DNA from: Alphaproteobacteria bacterium
GTDB taxonomy: Bacteria > Pseudomonadota > Alphaproteobacteria > CAAHEQ01 > UBA3637
NCBI GenBank assembly: GCA_045118155.1
Contig: JBGUXS010000078.1
Location: 443-64,442, forward strand
Length of the DNA stretch: 64,000 nt
Reading direction: 5' to 3'
Shown here: positions 18,819-28,805 of the stretch, one piece after another
Position numbering within the stretch: the stretch's first letter is position 1
Layout: each line of letters opens with the position of its first letter
Notes under the pieces: model-generated
Told to the model about the DNA's origin: nothing
Database searches by the model: none
The model's input: the letters and a program-made list of their open reading frames with translations, nothing else
Position numbers and translations under genes: made by a program

Positions 18819-21800
18819 ATCTTTTTCCTTTTCCGGCGTATTTTAGGAACCGGAACCTTAAAATAACAGTGACGGCCAATCCCTTCACAAATACCATATA
18901 AGGCCGGAATAAATAAAATCCCAATACATGTAGCCGCTAACATCCCCGCGAATACCGTAACCCCAATGGATATCTGGCTGGAAGCCCCTGCCCCCGTGGC
19001 AAGCAACATAGGGACAACCCCTAAAATAAATGTTAAAGCCGTCATTAATACGGCACGAAAGCGTTCTTTTGCCCCATAAATACAGGATTGAACCAACGAT
19101 TGTCCTTGTCCACGGGCTTGTAAAATAAATTCCACAATTAAAATCGCATTTTTACTAGCAAGACCAATGAGTAATACTAACCCTAGCTGAGCATAAATAC
19201 TTAAAGGAAGGCCCCAAATCATGAGGCCTATCAAGGCCCCTAATAAAGCAAAAACATTTGAAAAAATGACCGAAAATGCCGTTAACCAACTTTCATATAA
19301 CCCAACCAAAAACAAATATCCAAAAATAATTGCCAACACAATTAAAATAAGAACCAAGCCCGATGTTTTAACCTCTTGTAAGCTCAATCCTGTCCAAGCT
19401 AACGCATACTTTGGTCCTAAGTCGTTCACCATTTTTTGCACCTGTTGAATTCCTTGCCCAGAACTCACCTCTTGTTTTGTAGCCGCTGTCACTGGAGCAC
19501 TTAAATACTGGTTAAACCGATACACAATCTTAGGGCTGAGTATGGTTTTGAACTCTATCAAATTTTTAAGGCGCACCATATTTCCACCCAAACTTGGAAC
19601 ATATAAATTTTCAATATTATTTTGATCTTGACGATAGGGGAAAGCCGCTTGTACAATCACTTTGTTAACTTGCCCTTGAACAGGAATATTATTAACATAT
19701 TGAGACCCTAAATTCGCTTGTAATACAGAAAAAATATTAGAAATTGGGACATGATAATTCAACGCTTTTGTACGATCAATTTCCAAAAATAAATGGGGAC
19801 TTCCAGGGGTTAATGTACTAAATCCAAACACAAAATTAGGGCTTTTTCGTATTTTTTGTATAACAGATTGCGTAGATATAAATAATTTTTCAAAAGAAAC
19901 ATCTTCATCTATAGCATTAATTTGAAAAGAAAGGCCATCACTTGTTCCAACGCCAGGAATAGATGGTAAGGCATAAAATTCTATAGATGCTTGCGTATTA
20001 TGCGTATAATTTTCCTGTAAACCATTTAAAATATGTGCTAAAGAAAGTGTTTTTGTTGTTCGTTGTTCCCATGGTTTTAACCCCACTACCCCCATCGCAA
20101 TATTTTCCCCTTGTCCCCCTAAAAAACTAACCCCAACAACAGAAATAAAATAACGAACCCCAGGTAAAGCCAGTATTTTTTGAGATAATTTTTCTAAGAC
20201 CGCTTCTGTCCTATTCCGGCTGGCTGTTTCGGGTAATTGAATATTCGCAAAAATGACCCCCTGATCTTCCTGGGGGATAAAGGAAGTTGGCCTGATAAAA
20301 AACAAGAAAAAAGTTCCAATTAAGGTACAACTAATTAAAAAAGAACTTGTTTTTAGGTGTTCACAAAAAAACCGTACCGCAGATATATATCGCTTTTTTG
20401 TCCACTCTAACATTTCATTAAAAAAATCAAAGATCTTTAAAGGATTCTTACTCTGCCGTCCCAAAAATAAAGCACATAAAGCGGGACTTAACGTCAAGGC
20501 ATTGACCGATGAAAATACAACCGCTGTCGCAATTGTAATTGCAAATTGCTGGTAAATTTTCCCCGTAATCCCCGCCATTAACCCAACAGGAACAAAAATA
20601 GATAACAAGACAAGCGTCGTTGCTATTACCACAGTACTAATATCTTTCATTGCTTGTATAGATGCCTCTTTTGCGGGCAATTTCCTATTTGCCATTAGGT
20701 ATTGCACCCGTTCTACCACAACAATAGCATCATCCACAACCAAACCGATAGCTAAAATAAGGGCAAATAAAGTTAAGATATTAATATCAAATCCTAAGAC
20801 ATAAATAACTGCAAACGTACTGATTAATGATACAGGAATTGTTATCATTGGAATAAATGTCGCAAAGATATTTTGTAAAAAAAGATATACAACCCCAACC
20901 ACCAACAAAAAAGTAATTAATAATGTTTCAATAATCCCTTTTAACGATGCCCGCACAAAATCAGTAGAATCATATACAACTTCTAATTCCAATCCCTCTG
21001 GGAAATGATACGTCAAGGTTTTAATTTCTTGGCGTACTGCCTGCATCGTCTGCAAGGAATTTGTCCCAGGTGTCTGGCTTAAAGCCATAATAACTGCTGG
21101 CTGATTATTAAACAAAGAAGTCATTTGATAGGTATCCGCCCCCCAAGAAACTTCTGCCACATCTTTCAACCTAACAATTCCCCCTTTAGTATCCACAGCA
21201 ACCACAATTTCTTCAAAATCAGAAACACTTTTTAAAAATCCCTTTGCGCTTAAGGTTAAAACAAAAGCATTTGTCACAGGACTTGGGGCTGCCCCCAAAG
21301 ATCCAACACTAGCTTGAACATTCTGATTTTCAATTGCCTGAATAATATCTTGAGAACTTAATCCTAAAGCATTTAACTTCATAGGATTTATCCAAACACG
21401 AATACTATGTTGTGGGCCATAAACTGTTACATCCCCAACCCCATGTACCCGAGATAGTGGATTTTTTAAATAGGTATATGCATAATTACTTAAAAACAAA
21501 TCCGAATAAGAGTTATTTTTCCCTTTTAAAACAAGCATCCCTAGCATATTTGCTGATTGTAATTTTACTTCTATCCCTTCTTGACGAACTATAGGGGGCA
21601 GAATAGGTTCTACCTGTTGTAACCGATTTTGTACTTTAACCTGAGCTATATCAGGGTCGGTCCCAATATTAAAAGTAATGGTCAATTGATAAACACCATT
21701 ATCATTTGAAGTAGAAGACATATATAACATATCTTCAACCCCATTAATTTCATTTTCAATTGGAATAGCCACTGTCTCTGTTAGAATTTGAGCATTTGCA

Positions 21801-21958
21801 CCGGGATAATTAACTGAAACAATCACTTGCGGAGGGGTAATATCTGGATATTGGGAAATTGGCAACACACTTATCGCTAATCCCCCCAACAAAACCATTA
21901 CAATAGCAATAACGGCCGCAAACCTAGGATGAGTAATACAAAATTGGGAACCCGTCAT
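18815..21958 (-). CDS. RND family multidrug efflux transporter (AcrB/MexB-like)
   Basis: 1047 aa with 12 TM segments, two large periplasmic loops and an AcrB-like N-terminus. Confidence 0.9.
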   Translation of the reverse strand: MTGSQFCITHPRFAAVIAIVMVLLGGLAISVLPISQYPDITPPQVIVSVNYPGANAQILTETVAIPIENEINGVEDMLYMSSTSNDNGVYQLTITFNIGTDPDIAQVKVQNRLQQVEPILPPIVRQEGIEVKLQSANMLGMLVLKGKNNSYSDLFLSNYAYTYLKNPLSRVHGVGDVTVYGPQHSIRVWINPMKLNALGLSSQDIIQAIENQNVQASVGSLGAAPSPVTNAFVLTLSAKGFLKSVSDFEEIVVAVDTKGGIVRLKDVAEVSWGADTYQMTSLFNNQPAVIMALSQTPGTNSLQTMQAVRQEIKTLTYHFPEGLELEVVYDSTDFVRASLKGIIETLLITFLLVVGVVYLFLQNIFATFIPMITIPVSLISTFAVIYVLGFDINILTLFALILAIGLVVDDAIVVVERVQYLMANRKLPAKEASIQAMKDISTVVIATTLVLLSIFVPVGLMAGITGKIYQQFAITIATAVVFSSVNALTLSPALCALFLGRQSKNPLKIFDFFNEMLEWTKKRYISAVRFFCEHLKTSSFLISCTLIGTFFLFFIRPTSFIPQEDQGVIFANIQLPETASRNRTEAVLEKLSQKILALPGVRYFISVVGVSFLGGQGENIAMGVVGLKPWEQRTTKTLSLAHILNGLQENYTHNTQASIEFYALPSIPGVGTSDGLSFQINAIDEDVSFEKLFISTQSVIQKIRKSPNFVFGFSTLTPGSPHLFLEIDRTKALNYHVPISNIFSVLQANLGSQYVNNIPVQGQVNKVIVQAAFPYRQDQNNIENLYVPSLGGNMVRLKNLIEFKTILSPKIVYRFNQYLSAPVTAATKQEVSSGQGIQQVQKMVNDLGPKYALAWTGLSLQEVKTSGLVLILIVLAIIFGYLFLVGLYESWLTAFSVIFSNVFALLGALIGLMIWGLPLSIYAQLGLVLLIGLASKNAILIVEFILQARGQGQSLVQSCIYGAKERFRAVLMTALTFILGVVPMLLATGAGASSQISIGVTVFAGMLAATCIGILFIPALYGICEGIGRHCYFKVPVPKIRRKRKKI

Positions 21959-23088
21959 TCTTCCTCCACTGACGAAGCAATGTTTGCTTTTTTCCCAATA
22001 TTTTCACTTCCCATAGAGGTCATGACGACTTTTTCTCCTGTCGTCAATCCCTTTAAAATAACAACATTTTCTCCCTGAACTGGCCCCAGAGATAATTGCC
22101 GCTTTTCAATAATTTGCTGATTATTTACTATAAAAACAAAAGGGATGTCTTCTTCCCAAGATAATTGATCTAACGACAGAACAAAAACATCATGAAGTGT
22201 TTTTTCTAACAAAACATCCACGTATGCTTGGGTAACAAGTAATCTTTGCCCATTTGAAAAATCAGCATACATCGTTAACGCATTTGTTTTAGAATTAATT
22301 TCATTATTTGTATAACTCAATGTTCCTGTTTCCGGATACCGCCGACCATCCGCTAGTTGCAAAGAGATTGTCCAATCTTCAAATGGCAGATGATGCGCAC
22401 TATATGATTCTACATAATCTTTATCCGAAATAGAAAACATAACCCTAATAGGATCTTCTTGAATAATACGCACCAATGCATCGCTTGAAGGTGCTACATA
22501 ATCCCCCAAAGATACTTTAATCGTTCCAATACGTCCAGAAATAGGGGCACAAATCGTTGTATAATCATAATTGACTTTAGCGACCTGCTCGGCGGCCTTA
22601 GCGGCCTCTAATGAGGCTAAAGCCGATAAAAAAGAAGCTTTTCCTTCATCCAATTGTGCTAAGGCAACCGCTTTTTCCCCTGTTTTTAGCAAACGTTGGT
22701 AATATTGATGCGCATTCACCAAAGTCGCTTCTGCAGATAAAACGTTTGCCTGTTCTAAGGCTAATTTCGCTTTATATTCATCTTGTTTTAAAATAAAAAG
22801 GGTTTGTCCTTCTAAAACATCTGCCCCATCTTCAACCAAAATATCTTCAATAAAACCGGCAAGAAAAGGGTGCACCTCTACGGAATTAATCGGCATCACA
22901 TATCCAATATAACGCCGTTGCAATGTCAATTCCTGTGGAACCATTTTTTTAACTTGGACTGTTAATGGCAAGACCTTTTTTTCTTCAAAAGGAGGGGACA
23001 TAAAACAATATCGCCCAACCCCTAAACTTCCTAAAATACATATCCCCAATATCCAAATCCATTTTTTTAAGCGCGTTCTATGTGCCAT
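21955..23088 (-). CDS. RND efflux membrane fusion protein (periplasmic adaptor, HlyD/AcrA family)
   Basis: Coiled-coil and lipoyl/beta-barrel adaptor architecture. The ORF is open to 23136, but the probable start is MAHRTRLKK at 23088. Confidence 0.8.
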   Translation of the reverse strand: MAHRTRLKKWIWILGICILGSLGVGRYCFMSPPFEEKKVLPLTVQVKKMVPQELTLQRRYIGYVMPINSVEVHPFLAGFIEDILVEDGADVLEGQTLFILKQDEYKAKLALEQANVLSAEATLVNAHQYYQRLLKTGEKAVALAQLDEGKASFLSALASLEAAKAAEQVAKVNYDYTTICAPISGRIGTIKVSLGDYVAPSSDALVRIIQEDPIRVMFSISDKDYVESYSAHHLPFEDWTISLQLADGRRYPETGTLSYTNNEINSKTNALTMYADFSNGQRLLVTQAYVDVLLEKTLHDVFVLSLDQLSWEEDIPFVFIVNNQQIIEKRQLSLGPVQGENVVILKGLTTGEKVVMTSMGSENIGKKANIASSVEEE

Positions 23089-23969
23089 GGGGTCCTCATT
23101 TTCGTATTTGTTAAGAAAATACCTAATAAAATACATCCACCACCGATAACTTCAGTCCATACAAGAGATTCTTTGAGTAAAAAGAAAGCCTCTATCGTAC
23201 TAAAAATAGGCATTAAATAATACACAACACTTACTTTAATTGATCCTAATTTTTCCAGGGCCTTATTCCAGAAAAAATAAGCCAGAACAGAATTAAAAAT
23301 GCCCATATACAACATAATTCCCAATACACCCCAAGTTAAATGTTCTTGAATCAATGGGAATCGAATCGTTTCATAAATAAAAAACGGTAAGCAACCCAAC
23401 GCCCCCACCACAATTCCAACCGTTAAAAGACTTTCTTGAGACAAAGTTGAAGGTTTGGTGGACATTAAATAGCTATAAAAACCAAAACTACACGCCATAG
23501 CGACCATCCAAAAATCCCCCATTTGAAAAGGAAAATGAAAGATTTCCTGTAAACGACCTTTCAAAATAATTACAAAAACCCCAATAACAGCAAACAACAT
23601 ACCTATCTTTGCTCTCTTGTTAATAAAAGCTCCCCCTAAAAAATGGGCAAACAACAACAAAAAAACGGGCCCTGTAACTGAAATTAAAGACATTTGTACC
23701 GCAGACAGGGTATAACTGGCGTAATAAACACATGTATTGCAAAACGTGATTCCAATTAAAGAAGAATAAAGAATAAACTTCCATTCTCTCTTAAGATACA
23801 TTTTTTCTTTCATGACCCGCTTATACGTAAACGGAACAAGGCAAATTCCAGCAATTGCCCACCTAAAAAATGCTATTTGCCAAGGGGTTAAAATCCCTTG
23901 CAGGGCACTTCCAACAATAACATTAAAACTCCAAAAAAAAACAGCTAGTATCGCCAGCATATATGCCAT
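23067..23969 (-). CDS. EamA/DMT superfamily permease (10 TM)
   Basis: Two EamA repeats. The ORF extends to 24011; the probable start is MAYMLAIL. Confidence 0.7.
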   Translation of the reverse strand: MAYMLAILAVFFWSFNVIVGSALQGILTPWQIAFFRWAIAGICLVPFTYKRVMKEKMYLKREWKFILYSSLIGITFCNTCVYYASYTLSAVQMSLISVTGPVFLLLFAHFLGGAFINKRAKIGMLFAVIGVFVIILKGRLQEIFHFPFQMGDFWMVAMACSFGFYSYLMSTKPSTLSQESLLTVGIVVGALGCLPFFIYETIRFPLIQEHLTWGVLGIMLYMGIFNSVLAYFFWNKALEKLGSIKVSVVYYLMPIFSTIEAFFLLKESLVWTEVIGGGCILLGIFLTNTKMRTPWHIERA

Positions 23970-24086
23970 GTAATATTCCCCTTTAAAAGGGGATATAAGG
24001 GGGGAAAACAAGAGATACTACATAAACTTTAGTATAAAAAAAGGGGGGAATAATTGCTTCCCCCTTTTCAATAATAATTCTTCAAT

Positions 24087-26123
24087 CTATGGCATTAATT
24101 TATTCCACCAACCTTTTTTCCCTTTTGGACTAGGTTCAGGTGTTTTTTCTGCCTGAGATTCTTGTTCTTTTGAAGATTTTTCTTTAGTTTTTCCTGAAGT
24201 TCTTTTTTTAGGGGCATCAGGTTCTTGACGTCGTTTCGCATCAAATAATACTAAAGATTCCTGAGGGACAACCTTAAATTTTTCTTCAGCAGTTTTTTCT
24301 TCTGTACCCCCATTTCCTTTTTCCTTCTTGGCTTTAAAAGACTTTTTACCCCGTGTATTTTGTTTGTTTTTTTCTTTTGTATCTTTTTCTTCCTTAATTT
24401 GTTCCACTTTTTCTTCTTTTACCGTTTCCTTTTTCTCAGGGGTTGGCTTTTTCTGAAAAATCTTTCTTAACGTACTTGTGGGTTTTTCTTCCACAGGCAA
24501 AGGTTCTTCGCGTTCTGTTTTTTCTAAACGATAATCCGTTAAAACCTGCATATCTGGATCAATCATAATCCGTAAGCTGAATTTGCCTTTTTCTTCTAGT
24601 TCTGTCAACGAAGACCGTGTATTATTCAACAAATACAACGCCACCTTTTCTGGCACAAAAACAATCACATTTTTATTGATAAGTTCTGTTCCGAACCCTT
24701 CTAACAAATGGATCATCCTAATGGCGCAAGATTCCACCGTCCGAACCCGTCCCTTTCCTGCACAACAAGGGCATGGGACATATGAACTTTCCAATACACT
24801 AGAATGTAATCGTTGCCGAGACATTTCCATTAAACCAAAACCCGATATTTTCCCCATTTGAATACGGGCCCGGTCATGACGTAATGCTTCCCGCAAAGCA
24901 CGTTCAATATGTGCATTATTCTTTGGTTCCATCATATCAATAAAATCAATCACAACAAGCCCTGCTAAATCTCTAAGCCGCAATTGACGGGCCAATTCTT
25001 CGCAAGCTTCCAAATTCGTTTTTAAAGCGGTTTCTTCTAAATCCCGTTCCCGAATTGCCCGACCCGAATTCACATCCACCGTTACCATGGCCTCGGTCTG
25101 ATCAATCACTAAATATCCACCAGATTTAAGCTGAGCAACATTGTTATACAAAACCTCTATCTGATTTTCTATTTGGTATTTAGAAAACAATGGGATATCC
25201 CCCCGATATTGAGTTACTTTTTTAGCTTGAGAAGGAAGAAGTAACTTAACAAAATCTTTTACCGATTTAAATGTATCAACCCCTTCTACAAAAACATCTT
25301 CTATATCCGCTGTAAAAACATCCCGCAAAGAACGCTTAATAATATCCCCTTCTTCATGAATCAATTTCGGGGCAATAGAAGATAACGTTTGTTCCCGAAT
25401 TTTCATCCAAGTTTTGATTAAATAATCATAGTCCCGACGAATATCCGTTTTTTTCTTTTCTTGACCGGCTGTTCTAATAATAACACTCATTCCTTCCGGA
25501 ATAGGCAACTTACTGACAATTTCTTTTAAATTCTTACGTTCTTTAACATTCGTAATTTTCCGAGAAATACCAGCCCCTCGCCCATTATTTGGCATCAAAA
25601 CACTATACCGTCCCGCCAAAGAAAGATATGTCGTCAAGGCCGCCCCTTTATTACCACGTTCTTCTTTAATAACTTGGACCAACATGACTTGCCCATGATG
25701 AATCACTTCTTGAATTTTGTATTTTTTAAAAAAAGATGTTTTGGGAATATGAACATCATCCGAAGCCGGGGCAGAAACAACCTCAACATCCCCTTCCACC
25801 GCGGCATCATCTTCCATATCATCACTATCTTTATCTTCTTGGTTAATCAGCTGTTTTAAAGCTTCCTTATCCGCAACTGGAATTTGATAATAATCAGGAT
25901 GAATCCCACTAAACGGTAAAAAACCGTGCCGATGACCACCATAATCTACAAAAGCGGCTTGTAAAGAAGGTTCAACCCGAATAACCTTCGCTAAATAGAT
26001 ATTTCCTTTAATCTGTTTTTTTGTGGATGTATCCACATCCATCTCAACCAATTTCCCATCATCCACGACAGCCACACGGACTTCCTCAGGATGACGCGCA
26101 TCAATAAGCATCTGTTTTGACAT
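24087..26123 (-). CDS. rne: Ribonuclease E/G family endoribonuclease with a long Lys/Glu-rich C-terminal tail
   Basis: Start MSKQMLIDARHPEEVRVAVVDDG, preceded by a GGGGA Shine-Dalgarno. It has an S1 domain and catalytic core. The ORF continues upstream to 26297, which is probably the 5' leader. Confidence 0.85.
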   Translation of the reverse strand: MSKQMLIDARHPEEVRVAVVDDGKLVEMDVDTSTKKQIKGNIYLAKVIRVEPSLQAAFVDYGGHRHGFLPFSGIHPDYYQIPVADKEALKQLINQEDKDSDDMEDDAAVEGDVEVVSAPASDDVHIPKTSFFKKYKIQEVIHHGQVMLVQVIKEERGNKGAALTTYLSLAGRYSVLMPNNGRGAGISRKITNVKERKNLKEIVSKLPIPEGMSVIIRTAGQEKKKTDIRRDYDYLIKTWMKIREQTLSSIAPKLIHEEGDIIKRSLRDVFTADIEDVFVEGVDTFKSVKDFVKLLLPSQAKKVTQYRGDIPLFSKYQIENQIEVLYNNVAQLKSGGYLVIDQTEAMVTVDVNSGRAIRERDLEETALKTNLEACEELARQLRLRDLAGLVVIDFIDMMEPKNNAHIERALREALRHDRARIQMGKISGFGLMEMSRQRLHSSVLESSYVPCPCCAGKGRVRTVESCAIRMIHLLEGFGTELINKNVIVFVPEKVALYLLNNTRSSLTELEEKGKFSLRIMIDPDMQVLTDYRLEKTEREEPLPVEEKPTSTLRKIFQKKPTPEKKETVKEEKVEQIKEEKDTKEKNKQNTRGKKSFKAKKEKGNGGTEEKTAEEKFKVVPQESLVLFDAKRRQEPDAPKKRTSGKTKEKSSKEQESQAEKTPEPSPKGKKGWWNKLMP

Positions 26124-26322
26124 AAATTCCCCACTAATATTTTTTGAAAACAAGGCGTATCGGCGGTAAGGCTTACCCCTAATAAAGTAAAAAGCCCTAA
26201 ATAAATCATCAACATAGTTCCGCCAATCCGTAAAAAAACTTAAAACAATATTTTCTATTGCGTTTGTTATTATACCGATATACAATCCAAGAATCAAGTT
26301 ATTTTTTAAAGGGCCTTTATTT

Positions 26323-27459
26323 ATGCGTATCTTATACTTGTTTTTAATGGCTTTTTTGTTTGCTTTCCCCTCGTTAGGGGTAACGGTTCAAGATGTTCGT
26401 TTTTCGGCATCCTCTCCTCAAAAAGTACGGTTGGTTGCTGATTTATCCGAAAAAACAGAAGCTAAAGTTTTTAGGTTACAAAATCCCCCACGGTTAGTTG
26501 TTGATTTTGAAAAGGCAACTTTTTCTTCTGTTGTTAAAAATAATACTTTTAAACCTGTTGCCTTCATTGAAGGAATTCGTTTAGGGGTTCCTCAACCTAA
26601 TATCGGGCGGCTTGTCTTGGATATTCCCACAAAAGATTTAACCGAAAACCACTTTTTCCTTCCTCCGGGGGCGGGGAAAACTTGGCGTTTTGTCATTGAT
26701 TTAACGTTGGCCGAATCTACAAATTCAGAGGCAACAACTTACCATAAGGGGCTTACACCATTTCCAGCAAAAGCCCCCCGACAAAAAATTGTCATGTTGG
26801 ATCCGGGGCATGGGGGGCAAGATCCAGGGGCGATTTCTTCCACGGGGAAGTATGAAAAACACTTAACACTTTTATTTGCCAATGAAGCTAAAAAAGTGTT
26901 AGAAAAAAAAGGGTATACCGTTTATATGACCCGAACAAATGATACGGCCGTTTCTCTTCGATCCCGTATAGAAAAAGCCCATAAACACAATGCCGATATT
27001 TTTATTTCTATCCACGCCGACAGTGCCAAAAATAAATCCGCAAAAGGATTATCTATTTACACGATTTCTGAAAAAGCCTCTGATGCAGAAGCAGCCGCCT
27101 TAGCCGAACGTGAAAACAAAGCGGATATCATTTTAGGGATCAATCTAGAAGAATACCAAGAATCTATTGGCAACATTTTAATTGACTTAGCTAAACGCGA
27201 TACTATGGATAAATCTGCCCAATATGCAGAACTCTTTGTCAAGGAAGTTAAGCATACCGCCCAACTAAAAACCACCCCTCATCGCTTTGCTGGATTTGTG
27301 GTTTTAAAATCACCAAACATACCATCTGTTCTAATAGAACTTGGATATCTTTCCAACAAGAAAGAAGAAAAGATGCTTCAAAAGAAATCCTACCGAGCCG
27401 AAATCATTACTGCCCTTGCTAAAGGCTTAGATCAATACTTTAAAGAATTGGGGGATTGA
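26323..27459 (+). CDS. amiC: N-acetylmuramoyl-L-alanine amidase (AMIN domain + Amidase_3)
   Basis: Signal peptide and an N-terminal AMIN-like domain. The catalytic region reads MLDPGHGGQDPGAIS. Confidence 0.8.
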   Translation: MRILYLFLMAFLFAFPSLGVTVQDVRFSASSPQKVRLVADLSEKTEAKVFRLQNPPRLVVDFEKATFSSVVKNNTFKPVAFIEGIRLGVPQPNIGRLVLDIPTKDLTENHFFLPPGAGKTWRFVIDLTLAESTNSEATTYHKGLTPFPAKAPRQKIVMLDPGHGGQDPGAISSTGKYEKHLTLLFANEAKKVLEKKGYTVYMTRTNDTAVSLRSRIEKAHKHNADIFISIHADSAKNKSAKGLSIYTISEKASDAEAAALAERENKADIILGINLEEYQESIGNILIDLAKRDTMDKSAQYAELFVKEVKHTAQLKTTPHRFAGFVVLKSPNIPSVLIELGYLSNKKEEKMLQKKSYRAEIITALAKGLDQYFKELGD

Positions 27460-27758
27460 TGCCACCATTTTTAAGCCCTGATGAAGATTCGTGTCTTTTA
27501 CACATTTTATTGGTTCCTAATGCTAAAGAAAATAAGATTTATGGTCTTTTTAATGAACGATTAAAACTTTATATTTCTGCCCCAGCTGTGGACGGAAAAG
27601 CGAATAAAGCTTTAATTAAATACCTGGCTGATCTCTTTAACCTAAAAAAAAATCAGATTTCCTTGATACAAGGGGAAAGATCCCATCAAAAAACAGTACG
27701 ACTAGATGCCCCTATTGACCACATCTGTACTTGTTTAAGTCAACATATTTCCGTGTAA
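27456..27758 (+). CDS. yggU: DUF167/YggU family protein
   Basis: 100 aa with LKLYISAPAVDGKANKALIKYLADLF, typical of YggU. It overlaps the amiC stop by 4 nt. Confidence 0.65.
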   Translation: MMPPFLSPDEDSCLLHILLVPNAKENKIYGLFNERLKLYISAPAVDGKANKALIKYLADLFNLKKNQISLIQGERSHQKTVRLDAPIDHICTCLSQHISV

Positions 27759-28805
27759 AATACGTGTAATCTCGCTTCCTTGCATCAAAGAAAAACCTAA
27801 GGCTTGGGCTTGTTGTATTTCTTGAGGGGTTTGAATATCAAACAAGATAATTTTTTCTTTAGGATAATTCAAAGTAGCAGCCCATTTCATCTGTTGACTA
27901 TTAATCTTTAGGTAATGCATCGGGATTTTATCCCATGCTAAATAGGATATTTCCTCCGGAATGCGTAATAAAAAGAGGGATTGTTGATAACAAGGTATTT
28001 TTTGAATACTTTGCCATAAATCCCGTTCCCAAAGAAAATCTGATAAACTTATTTCATAAGAAATACCTTGATGTTGATACAATTGGTGCATTTCCTGATA
28101 AACGGGTTGGGTTAAAAGATAAGGACTCGCAGAAAAAACTCCTCCTTGTGTTTTGGGCAATTCCTTTTTTAAAATTTTTGTATACAGCGCATTCTTAAAG
28201 GCCCTTTTCAAATATGTATCAGAATCCAATATCACCTTTGGAAATAGAACTTGACGGACATCAATATCTTTACAAAAAACACTGGTAAATACAGGAACCA
28301 TCTCGGTTAAATCATGAACCTGACAAATGCATTGATGCCGTGTTAAATGTGAAACATCCGCTGTTTTTAGCTCTGATAAAATATGTGTGAGAGTTGGGGT
28401 ATCCAAGGGCAATGAAGGAATTTTTTGAAGCACTTTTAAATCAGAAAAATCTGCTGTTGGGGTTAGCTCTTGATGATTAATTTTATGGATCAAAGCATTA
28501 AAATCTGTGATTAAATTAAAAAATGATAATTTATGTTCTTGGAAAAAGGATTTTTCCAGCCCCTTTAATTTCAAGGAAAGCAACATCATATCCTGTAATT
28601 TATTATGGGCAAAAAAGGCAACGCTATCCCCTTCGCTTAAAAAGAACAATTTCGTTTGATATGTCTGTTCAAAAGAACTCAAAAAATGCAAAAGAACCTT
28701 TTTTTTCTCATCTTCTTTAGGTAAAGGAATATAAAGAGCATGCCCTTTAAATGTTCTTTTTTCAAGATATTTGAGATAGTCAAAAACACTATTATACCGC
28801 ATCAT
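27735..28805 (-). CDS. Hypothetical protein with a degenerate EAL-like C-terminal half (catalytic residues not evident)
   Basis: 356 aa. The C-terminus ...KIILFDIQTPQEIQQAQALGFSLMQGSEI resembles the EAL end motif (AEGVET...QG). No DDFGTG or EAL motif is present. Confidence 0.4.
   Translation of the reverse strand: MMRYNSVFDYLKYLEKRTFKGHALYIPLPKEDEKKKVLLHFLSSFEQTYQTKLFFLSEGDSVAFFAHNKLQDMMLLSLKLKGLEKSFFQEHKLSFFNLITDFNALIHKINHQELTPTADFSDLKVLQKIPSLPLDTPTLTHILSELKTADVSHLTRHQCICQVHDLTEMVPVFTSVFCKDIDVRQVLFPKVILDSDTYLKRAFKNALYTKILKKELPKTQGGVFSASPYLLTQPVYQEMHQLYQHQGISYEISLSDFLWERDLWQSIQKIPCYQQSLFLLRIPEEISYLAWDKIPMHYLKINSQQMKWAATLNYPKEKIILFDIQTPQEIQQAQALGFSLMQGSEITRILHGNMLT

Noticed and set aside
26124-26297. 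N-terminal 58-aa extension of the rne ORF (MILGLYIGI...)
   Set aside because: RNase E homology starts at MSKQMLIDA, which has its own Shine-Dalgarno. The upstream in-frame region is more likely the 5' leader.
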